64,000 bases of DNA from NCBI GenBank assembly GCA_051294375.1, contig CM119264.1, forward strand, positions 19,351,590 through 19,415,589, written 5' to 3'. The notes under the pieces were generated by a model that saw only the letters and a list, made by a program, of their open reading frames with translations, made no database searches and was not told the DNA's origin. Positions 14,576-26,200 of this stretch are shown here, in pieces. A program made the translations under genes and the position numbers. Each line of letters opens with the position of its first letter. Position 1 is the first letter of the stretch. This stretch comes from Paraspadella gotoi. Taxonomy: Eukaryota > Animalia > Chaetognatha.

Positions 14576-17500
14576 CACACACCCAGTCCACCCATTTCTC
14601 CCGCATCATGAGTCTCCCCAATATCCTTCCTGACGCCCAAGGAGGATTAAGTCGCGTTATTTCTATTTTTTAGTGGAACAAATTTTGATCGCGCGTTAGA
14701 GAGAGAGGGGCTTGCCTCGTTCTGATTGAGGGAAACTTAACCTCATTACGAGACATCGTCAAGTGAGGAGCTTTCGAGCTCGAATTAAACTTAACCTCTT
14801 TTTTTTTAAACTCGAGTCGGTGGATTAACGTTTTCGAAATTGGAGAACTTAAAAGATTATCTGCGAAATCTTCGCTGGAATACGGAATTGTTTAAGTTAA
14901 TTTTTCAAACTTTTATGTCACATAATTGGCAGCAGTTTCCACCTTTCCGCATCCACCTGCATCACGTCTAAAGCTCTGCAGTCCAACACGCCGAGAGTGG
15001 TGGTTTCGCGCAAACTTTTGTAGTTTTTTTTCACTTATTAGTTTATGTTGCTCTCTGTTTTCGCTTCGAGGATTCTCCTAATTCAATCTTGCCTCCTTGC
15101 TAGTTGGGACACCCACCTCTGGCAGCGGGACTAATGGTTTTGTATTTTACTATTTTCTTTTAAACCTATTACGTGATTTCGTCTTTTTCCTTATCTGAGC
15201 GTCTCGTGTCTAAATACAGTTTTCTTTTTTTTTAAACGGAAACTAATGGCCTTTTTCCTTTCTTTGAATCTTCTACCTTGGTCTTCAACGAATCTATTTT
15301 TAAGTTTTTATCTATTTTAAGTTTATAAGCTAATTTGTAATAGCCCTACATAGATGGCGAAATTTAAATGCTAATGTATACAGCGTTAAAATAATGCTAT
15401 CATGAGCATATAGTCAAAAATGCTTTTTTTTGAGAGGTACTAAGGCGCTAATAATAATATTATATTATATAAAGAAAAAAATTTAATCTAAAATTTGATG
15501 TGGATTCTGATAGAGCTAAAAAAGTTAAACAAGAAATATAATTACAATATAATTATAATCATAATATAATAATAGAAATATATTTTTTACATTTTCTAAG
15601 TGGAAATATATAAAAAACTTATAAAATCTAGATGAGATGACTTTTTACGGTTTTTCTTTTTTTGACTCACTTATCATAAAATATTTAAAAAAGAATTATA
15701 CTTTGTGGTAGACAACTTTTTATGAGCTATTCTGAATCTGATCTTAAAATTTTAAAATTCTTTTTAAAATTCTATAAGCTCTGCTTACGATCTCGCATTC
15801 AGAGAAAAACACTTTTTCCAGTATTGTTCAGTTACTATTAACAAAATTAATTTATTTGCACCATAATATAAATTAGGCCAAAATACGGATTGGTTAAAAC
15901 CATCTCCAGCTATTTCTAATCATATAAGAGTAACATTTTGCAACTTTAGAAAAAAAAAATCATGTCCATTTTTTGTCCATTTTCACTTTCGTTTCAAATT
16001 TGAATGCCAAGGAAAGTTGAGAAAATTTTTTTATTTTGGAATTCCTTTCTTCCTATCTTTTTCACCCTTGAATAAAATATTTTCCTATATCATTCATAGT
16101 TCACTTTATAAATTATTTTTAAAGTTGACAAGTTCAAAAAGTCGCAGTTTTAGTTTTTATTATAATTTATTAAACAAAAATAGTTTTAAATTGGCTTTAA
16201 ACTAACAGAAAATACAGTTTCACAGAAATAAGCTTTTAAACACCTACAAAATTATCAAAAAACTCTTTTCTTTAGCCACAAATTAATTTTTAAAGACAAA
16301 TTTTAATTTGTGCTTTTTGGTGACTTGCATTTATTTATGATAAAGAAAAATATTTTCAACTCATTTATTAGTTTTTAAAAAGATTGGGTACTTACTGACG
16401 TTGAGAAAACAAAAAAACCGCATCCTTTTAACCCAATGGAAAGCGTCAGGACTTGTTTTTTCTGAAAATCGACAGATTTTGCGGAAAGATTTTCCGCAAA
16501 AATCTGTCGATTTACTAAATTTGCTAGGCAACCAAAATTGAAAATAAAAAAAACTCCGTTACCCGTTAATATCCTTTCTTATAATGCATATTAAAGAATT
16601 TTCTTTGATATGGCTCAATGTAAACGTAGTGAGAGGGAAGAGGAAAGAGAAAACAAGAAAAGGAAGAAGGGGAGAAAATGAAATAGGGGGCCAAAGGCAA
16701 AACAAAAATAGGCAAATGGGGGAAAAAAATAGTGAGACAATAAAAGGTAGGAAATGAGGGGAAAATTGGAAGAAAAAGAGGGAAAAGAAAGGGAAAAAGA
16801 GAAGGAGAAAAAAAGGTGAGGAAGTGCATGAATGGCAGAAAAAGGTAGGGGCCAAAAATGGTAAGTGACAGATTGAGAAGTAAGGGAGGAAAGAGGAAGG
16901 AAAATATAAAGAAGAGAAGAAAAGAAGTGAAGAAAAAGAATCAGGGAAAGCGTATGAAGAAAAAAAAAATTGTATCAGATAATGTGGCGTTCCTTACCTA
17001 AAAACTTTTATGTAAAGTAAAAGACGTGAAGATTCTTATGAGGAATTCGATCTTAAAAAATGATCTATACCATAAAAATTCGAACATACTTATATCTAAA
17101 ATTACGAAGTTAATGAGATTAGATAAACAATCATTGAAGAAACCATGTTTTACCGTGTTTTAACTCATAGAAATTTACCTGGGAAGTTCTAAGTGATAAA
17201 AAGGAGATAACTTGAGACTACCGTTTTTTTAAATGAAGTAAGCTTCATACTAAACTAATGAGATCAGAAAAGATGGTAATTAATGAAGTTCAGATTTCGT
17301 TGTCTAAAAGACGTCGATCGTACGTGGAGCCATAAATAAATATAATTTTTAATAAATATAATTTTTAATAATAATTTTTTGTCCATTGAAAGTAATTCTT
17401 AAAAATGTATAAATTTTTATTTGAGCATGTTTCACCCCATTGAGTTTGCTACCCCTACTTACGTAAATTTAGTAAATTTAAAAATTTTTGAAAGTTTGGA

Positions 17501-20500
17501 ATCAATTCTTTTAGCGACTTTTTATGTCCACACTTGCATCATTTAGAGCTACCCTGTAACTCGCACAGTGACAAAGAACTCCCTCCTGCCTCCATGTTGA
17601 AGTTGATTCCCGTATTTCACGACCACCAAGAATATTTCCCCACCCCTTCATTTGGAGATCTCGAAAATCGGTCGAGGGACTGTGGAGATGCAAATGAAGT
17701 TGACGCTGACGCTTAGGCTGATGCCCACGCCAGTCGCTGTAATGGAAAGGGAAAAAAATCAGATTTAAAAGTCACCACCTGAGTTGGGAATTAGCTTGGG
17801 GAAAAAATGCGGTGAGGAAAGATTAAACCTTAGGAGGGAAAGGACGAGGGAACTCGGATTCCGAAATGGTATGAACGAGGAAAGATCAGGAAACAAAATG
17901 AAAGTTTTCAGGTTTTCCACACGCTCGATTCCATTTGCCACGAGAGTCAAATAGAAACGGTTACGCTGTTGATGTTAAAACTTACAGCAAAAAGAGAATA
18001 CGAATCATGTACTTTTGTGAAAGAAGTATAGTCGTCTATGATTAAAATCATGAATTCGAGAAAAAGTATTCTTGGGTGAAAGTTATTTGACTAACCGACG
18101 AAACAAGAAAGTACGAATGAATGGCTGATCGTTAAAAATGGTTTTTTAGATAAGGTAATATGAATTAATTTTATGAAATTAGGACATAACAAAACGTCCA
18201 GTACTTTGACTAAAGATGGGAGGAAAGTAAATTATAAAATAATAATATAAATAATAATAATAATAATAATAATAATGAATATAATAAATAATAATAATAA
18301 TAATATAATAATATAATAATAATAATAATAATAAATAATAATAATAAAAAAATATATAAAATATTCAACTATGATAAATGGTAAGCATTGGGACACCGGA
18401 ACGACGGAGTAGGGAAAGACTATACCCTAGTAATTAATTTTTCAATATTTATTTATAGAATTTTAAAAAGAATTTGAAAATTTTAAGATCAGATTCAGAT
18501 AGCTCATAAAAAGTTGTCTACACAAAGTATAATTCTTTTTTAAATATTTTTATGATAAGTGAGTCAAAAAAAAGAAAAACCGTAAAAAGAGTCATCATCA
18601 TCATTTTTAGATGATTTTATAAGTTTTTTTATATTTTCACTTAGAAAATGTAAAAAAATATATTTCTATTATTATATTATGATTATAATTATATGTAATT
18701 ATATTTCTTGTTTAACTTTTTATGCTCTATCAGAATCCATCAAAATTTTATGATTTAATTTTTTTTTTCTTTATATAATATAATATTTTTAATTAGGCTA
18801 GTACCCTCAGAAAAAAGCATTTTTGACTATGCTCATGATAGATTATTTTAACGCTGTATACATTAGCATTTAAATTTCATCGGCTATGGCTAATGTAAGA
18901 GGTATTAAAATTAGCTTATAAACTTAAAATAGATAAAAACTTAAAAATAGATTCGTTGAAGACCAGGTAGAAGATTCCAAAGAAAAGGAAAAAGGGCCAT
19001 TAGTTCCGTTTAAAAAAAAAGAAAACTGTATTTAGACACGAGACGCCAGATAAGGAAAAAGACGAAATCACGTAATAGGTTAAAAGAAAATAGTAAAATA
19101 CAAAACCATTTAGTCCCCGCTGCAGAGGTGGGTTCCCAACTAGCAAGACGAGCAAGATTGAATTAGGAGAATCCTCGAAGCGAAAACAGATGAGCCAAAC
19201 ATAAACTAATAAGTGAAAAAAAACTACCAAAAGTTGGGAAGACCACCCACTCTCGGCGTGTTGGAACTGAGAGCTTTAGACGTGATGCGGTGATGCGGAA
19301 AGGTGGAAACTGCTGCAATTATTGTGAATGAATTGAAAAAATTAACTTAAACAATTTCCGTTTCTTCAGCGAGATTTCGCAGATAATCTTTTAAGTTTCC
19401 AATTTCGTAAAACGTTAATCCACCGACTCGAGTTTAAAAAAAAAAGAGGTTAAGTTTAATTCGAGCTCGAAAGCTCCTCACTTTGACGATGTCTCGTAAT
19501 GAGGTTAAGTTTCCCTCAATCAAGAACGAGGCAAGCCCCTCTCTCCTCTAACGCGCGATCAAAATTTCGTTCCAAACAACCTTCAAACTTCCTTACTCCT
19601 CTCCTTTCTCTCTCTCTCTCGTTCCCTCTCTCTTCTCTCTCTCTCTCTCCTCTTCCTCTCTCTTCTTCAAAGCAAACCCAAGAAGTCGTTCCGTCCGTTC
19701 TCTTCCCGTCATTGCGGCTGCGGGTCTGTTTGTTCGGTAACCCAGTAACATGATAAAACTCGCCGCTTCGTTCTTTTCTTGGGCTGGGGAATTCCGTCTA
19801 CAGTCTTTGACGTTCGATTGGATGTTGCATCCATGTCGAATCGAGAGCCAGAAGAGATGTTCAGATTCGATGAGGCGTGGAAGCAAACATAGAGAGAGAG
19901 AGAAGATGAGATTGAGAGCGAAGAGAGAGAGAGAGACGAAGAGAGAGAGAGAAAGCAATTAAAAGAATCATTAAAAAATTAAAAATTTGATGTATATTTC
20001 CTTATGATTTAATATTTTAAAAAAAAACACGAATGTTTAATATGGAAATAATTGACTCCCAGGAAAAATTTAACAAAATTATGTTTATGAGACTCATCAA
20101 TATTCNNNNNNNNNNNNNNNNNNNNNNNNNCTAAAAATAGAAACTTAACGCGCTTAATCCTCCTTGGGCGTCAGGAAGATATTGGGGAGACTCATGATGC
20201 GTGAGAAGTGAGTGACTGGGTGTGAAGAGTAGAGAAGAGAGAGGACGAAGAGAGAGAGAGGAGAAGAGAAGAGCAGGAGAGAGAGGGAGAGCGAAACCTT
20301 GATTCGTCCATCCCCTTTCCCTGCCGTTTCCTATGCGACACCAAGAAGTTTCAACCTCGAAAAGCCGATTGCCATCGAAGACGACGACGGAGAGACGACG
20401 AAAAAACGACTGCGCTCGACGAAGAAGGACAAGGACGAAACGGACGCCGACACTAAAATGACAACGATGACGACAACATTGAAGCGGCAACCAAAGGTCT

Positions 20501-20666
20501 AACCACATTGCAAACACCCAGGCCCGTCGAAGACTCTCGACGATTAACGACGACGACTATTGAAAACGGCGACGACGTCGGGACGCAGGTGCGTTTGCGT
20601 CGCCTCTTATCACCGACGACGGATGAGAAACTCACCCAAGCATGCGAACAAAACCTTGCCAAACAT

Positions 20667-20706
<40 letters not shown>

Positions 20707-20932
20707 CTCCTCCTCTCTCTCTCTCTCTCTCTCTCTCAAGCAAACCCCAAGAAGTCGTTTCCGTTCGTCTCGGCCCATCCTGGCGCTGCGGGCTAACCCA
20801 GATAACTTAAAACTCCCGCTCGTCTTTTCTGCTTGGATTTCCGTCTCAGCATTTTGACGTTGGATGGATGTGATCCAGTCGAATCGAGAGCCAGAGAGTG
20901 AGGTAAGCACTGAGAGGGGGAAGAAACCGAGA

Positions 20933-20963
<31 letters not shown>

Positions 20964-20968
20964 AGAGA

Positions 20969-21005
<37 letters not shown>

Positions 21006-23190
21006 AGAAAGCAATAAAAGATCAAAAAATTAAATTGATGTATTATTCCTTATGATTTAAATTTTAAAAAACACGAATGTTTAATATGGTAAATAATTGA
21101 TCCCAGGAAAATTAACAAAAATTATGTTTATGAGGAGTAGACCGACACAACTCAATTCAGTCGAGTCGTCTTGGTAAAAAATCCGGTTACTTATCTTTGA
21201 TAACTTATCTTGTCTCATATGCCTCAAGTTAAGCATTAGGTTACCACATTCTATGCAAGTTGAATCTCATCGAATATTGGGATCGTTGATTCATATAAAA
21301 CCCCATACAACCCTCTTATATTTTAATACGTCTCCAGCAGTTTGTATTAACAGCATCGGCGCAGGGAGCGCTCTCTCCGTTCACACACCGCAAAACCCTA
21401 TTACATCTCTTCTCTACTCTCTACTCATCTACATTCGATTCTCATACTGCTTCTTCTCTCCCGTCAATAAGATTTTAGCTCCCCTCAATATCCTCCAGAT
21501 AGCATACTTCGTGGACTCATGCGGCATCTGCTCTTATTATACTAACCGTCCCGCACAACAACTTAAAAAAAAAGAAAAATCAAATTCAAAATTATCTCCC
21601 CCGTTCTAGGCCAGACCTCCAACTCGTTGCACTTACTCTTCAATGGCTGTCCCTCACCTATTGGCAACAAAGTATCCCCTTGAGACGCCTACAACCGCCG
21701 TCGGGGAAGGTTGCTGGTTGAGCACCGCTGAGCATACTGCATCTACGGGCTTGACTATTATGCGCCGCGACAATCCCTTGGAGGGGCAGGAGGCGAGAGC
21801 CTGACCGCCGCTACGACCTTTTCGTGGCCCCCGACACCACTAGAGAGAAGAAGCCATGTGATTTGAGCGCGCCTTCGAAACGACCTCGAGGACAGCATGA
21901 CGTCGGATTAGAGCCGGATGTGCAGTAGTCACTTGATCGCTCGGGGATCTCTCCTGCCTTCGACGAAGTGGTGTGATACTCCGCGAGACAAACTCTATAA
22001 GTGAAGGAAAAATTTTCGCTAAAATGCGAAAACCCCAGTCCCTGCGCCAGGATAACAACTTGCTTGCCTGGCCAGAAAAGGGCCCGGAGCATTCTCAACT
22101 CTCGCCGCTCTGACGGATCCTCTCTGGGAGTTATATAGGCGTGACAAAGGATCATTCCCTTCTTATCCAGACCAGTCGGCTATCGAGAGGGACGGGGCAC
22201 ATGCCGCCGATCACAACATACCAAGGCTGCCCGACCGCGCCGGATCTTACAGGACAGCGCCACGCGAGAGGGCCGTTACAACGGCGTGAAGACCCGATGG
22301 CTTTCCTTTGCCGACCTAGTCTACCAGAATCCGAATAGTACTTTCCGATAGCGGGAGAGAAGTGCCGAGCACCAGACACTTGCACTCCTGCTGCTCCCTC
22401 CTGCACAATCTTCCACCCACGCTTCTGCAAGATCCGGAACTGAGTTTGCTGCCTCGAGGACCTCACGGACTTCGGGCACAAGCGGAGCACTAGACGGGCA
22501 GAGGCAGAAGCCACTTTTACCCCGCGCATGCGGCGCTTGAGCTCACTGAAGGACACCGCTCGTTCTTCTTCTGCTGCCTCGTTTCCGGTGCAGAGTTGAC
22601 CGCTGGCGCTGAGCCGCACTGGAGGCCCGCGCGTGAGAAGGAGCGGGTTGACTCCGCTGGCCACGATGCGGAGCAGACCCACTGCTACCTTGGTGTATGG
22701 TGGCCCTGGAAACTTGGTTCAGGGCCCTGCGCCGATATCGCCCTCGTGTGCAAACGATCACGCAGGTCACCGGCGATCAACTTGGGACGCCTGGCTCCCC
22801 GCTGTTGACGATAAACTGCGCGGGCCGGAGTATCCCGGGATACGGGGTCCGATGGCGCGCCGCCCTCGTTGCTCTGGTACGGGATTGCCGGACCTTTATT
22901 TCTGCAGTCGAGCTCCCACGAGACACGACCTAAGACGGGCACCCTTGATTTGCGTGGGGGGAGGACGCGCGGGTCTGGACACCGTCTTCGAGAGAAGTGG
23001 AGAGAAGGGCTACTCGGCGTCGTCGTCACCCCTTGCGGGCAAGGCGGCGCGGACCGAAGAAGCGCACTGCCGGTTCGTTTGAAACCGAATATGTCTCCTC
23101 AATTTTTCCCTTGAAAGTTGAATCTCATGAATTTGGGATTTTAACCCCACAACTTTTTCTTCTCCCGAGCATCCGCCACCTTCAAGCAAT

Positions 23191-23249
<59 letters not shown>

Positions 23250-26200
23250 TTTCTACCAATAATCTTCCTTATTTCTTTTCTTTGCAACGTTACCCCTCCC
23301 AACCGCTGAAAGCTGCGTGGGAAGAACGAGAATATGCAAATGAGGAGAAACGGTTATGACAATAGAAATGGATGGAAGACTGGGCAGAGAGGGGTTAGTG
23401 AGAGGGAGTGTTGATGCAAAAATTCTAAAATGGGACGAGATTTGGGACAATTCCTCGGAGAGGGAGAACGGAGGAGATATTTCTCTTCACCCTTAACGAA
23501 AGAAAAAACAACCTTCAAACTTCCTTACTCCTCTCCTTTCTCTCTCTCTCTCTTCCCTCTCCTCTTCTCTCTCTCTCTCTCCCTCTTCCTCTCTCTCTCT
23601 CTTCAAAGCCAACGCCCAAGAAGTCGTTCCTTACTCGTCTCTGTCCCGTCATCCTGCCCGGCTGCCGGGTGATCTGGTTTCTTTGTTCCGGTAACCCAGT
23701 AACAATAAAAACTCTGCCGCTTCGTTCTTTTCTGGTGGGGGCTGCGGGAATTTCCGTCTACAGTCTTTGGACGATGACCGATCCGCTGGATGTTGCAATC
23801 CATGTCGAATCGAGAGCCAGAGAGAGTATTGTTCATCAGCCACTTCGATGAGGCGTGGAAGCAAACATAGAGAATGAGACGAGACTGATGAGATTGAGAG
23901 CGAAGAGAGATGAAGAGAGAGAGAGAGAGGAAAGCAAATAAAAAAATCATTAAAAAAATTAAAATTGATAGTTATCTTTCCTTTATGATTAATATTTTTA
24001 AAATAAAAACACGAATGTTTAAATGCGATAATAATTGATCCCTAGGAAAAATTAACAAATTAAATTATGTTATGCAGATCTCATCACCGATTCGTTTGAA
24101 AACCGCCGAATAGTTCTTCCCTCAATTTTTCCCTTTGGAAAGATCAGTTGAATCTCATGAATTTGATGGATGTTTATTAACCCACAACTTTTTCTTATCT
24201 CCCGAGCATCCGCACCTTCAAACAATACTCTCCCTCTCCTCTCTCCTCTCTCTCATCTCTCTCTCCTCCTCTCTTCTCTCTCTCTCTCTCTTTTTTCTAC
24301 CAATAATCTTCCTTATTGCTTTCCTTTGCAACGTCTACCCCTCCCAACCGCTGGAAAGCCTGCGGTGGGAGAACGAGAATTATGCAAATGAGGAGAACGT
24401 TTTATGACATAGAATGGATGGAAAAGACTGGCAGAGAGGGAAGTGAGAGGGGGAGTTGATGCAAAAAAAATTCTTAAATAGGGACGAGATTATATGGTGA
24501 CATCCACGGAAGAGGGGAGAGGAGGAGATATTTCTCTTTCCACCCCATAACGAAAGAAAAAGCGTGATTGGGAAGAAGAGAGACGAAGGAGTGAAGTTAG
24601 AGGAGAGGATAGAGAGAGAGGAGAGAGCAGAGAGAAGAGAGAGAGGAGAAACAGTAGAAAACAGAGGAGAGAAGAGAGAAAACAAGAGAGAATGAGAGAG
24701 AGAGAGAGAGCAGGAGAGAGAGAGAGAGAAGAGAATGAGAGAGAGAGAGAGAGAAAGAAACAGCAGAAGAAGAAAGAAACAGAGGAGAAGAGAGGGAGAA
24801 AACAGAGCAGAGAGAGAGAGAGATGAGTGAGAGATGACGAGAGAGAGAGAGGAGNNNNNNNNNNNNNNNNNNNNNNNNNAGAGAGAGAGAGAGAGAGAGA
24901 GAGTTTCATCACCCCCGACCACCGGCAACAGTTCTTCCTTTTTTCCGATTACGACATTATTGAAATCCTTTTTTTCTTTCCTCACTTTGAAAGGAGAGCG
25001 AAGGAAAATCCGCCGCGTCAGTGAAAACGTATTTTTCTTGTCGATTGCTCCATTTGCTCCAGTTGCTCCAGTAGCTGCCTTCGTTCGCTCCCTCCATCGA
25101 ATTTGCCACTGCAGTTACTCCGTTTTCTCAGATAAACCACTCAGTTTCGATATCAACACCCTTTCCACCCAAACAACATCCCTTTCAGCCGCGATCTCCA
25201 CTCCAGCTGCGTCAATTTAAGAGGGCCGCTCCTTCCGAACCATTTCTTTTCCCGCTCCATTGGCGGCGGTCCGTCTACGCTTTTAAGTTCGAACGTGGAA
25301 CCATCCTTCGATTCGGTTCCATTTTCTGCGCAGCTGGCCCTTCGTCTCGTCGGCCTCTCTTCCTCTGTTCACTTTCATCATTGCAGTCAATCTTTCTTTT
25401 TCACTCTTGATTGTGAATCCTTCTCTTTTCACGCTCATCTTGGTTGAGGTTATCTTTTATTTTTCGCTCAAATATTTGGTATCTGACTTAATATTATTTT
25501 TTTACATTTTTTAAACATTTTCTCTTAACCATTTTTCTGATTAACGGGTACTTTTTGTCTCTTAACAGTAGAAAACTTTCGCAGTTGAAACTGGATGAAA
25601 AAATTCATTAATTATCTGGGGCTCTCTCTCTTCCGACTTCTCTTTCTTTTAGCTTTTCTTTTCGTTTCTTTCCACGTTCAACATTTAACATTTATTTTGG
25701 TTAAATCCCGTTGAAAATTTATCTAGTTTTTCTGTTTTGTTTAATAACTTATTGTTGTCTCTTCATCTTTGATTTCCGACAATCTCCTTTTTCCTTTTTT
25801 CATGATTCCGCCCTTTCAATCTCAACGAGGCGTCTTTTCCCCATTTTTTCTGATCATCTTTGCGAGGCAGATTTCTTTTTACTGATTTCCCCTCATCGTT
25901 CATCTCTCAGTTTTTTCACATCGGACCCTCGAAGTTTTTCGATTTCTCACGGTGAGAATCAAGTGGTTCAAAAAATGTTTTTAAAATCTTTTTTTTCCAA
26001 TTTATTTTAAATTCAAAACGTGGGACTTGAATGCGAGTCTGTTATATACGCAGTAATCTGCCGATCCAGTTGTTAGAAATTTTACCTGTACAGTGACTAG
26101 TTGAGTTGTGCCGATCAAGAATTCCTTGGCTATTAGTGAATCGACAAGAGGTTGTGACTTCTCATCGACTAAATATTCTAATCAAATAAGATCCAGTTTT

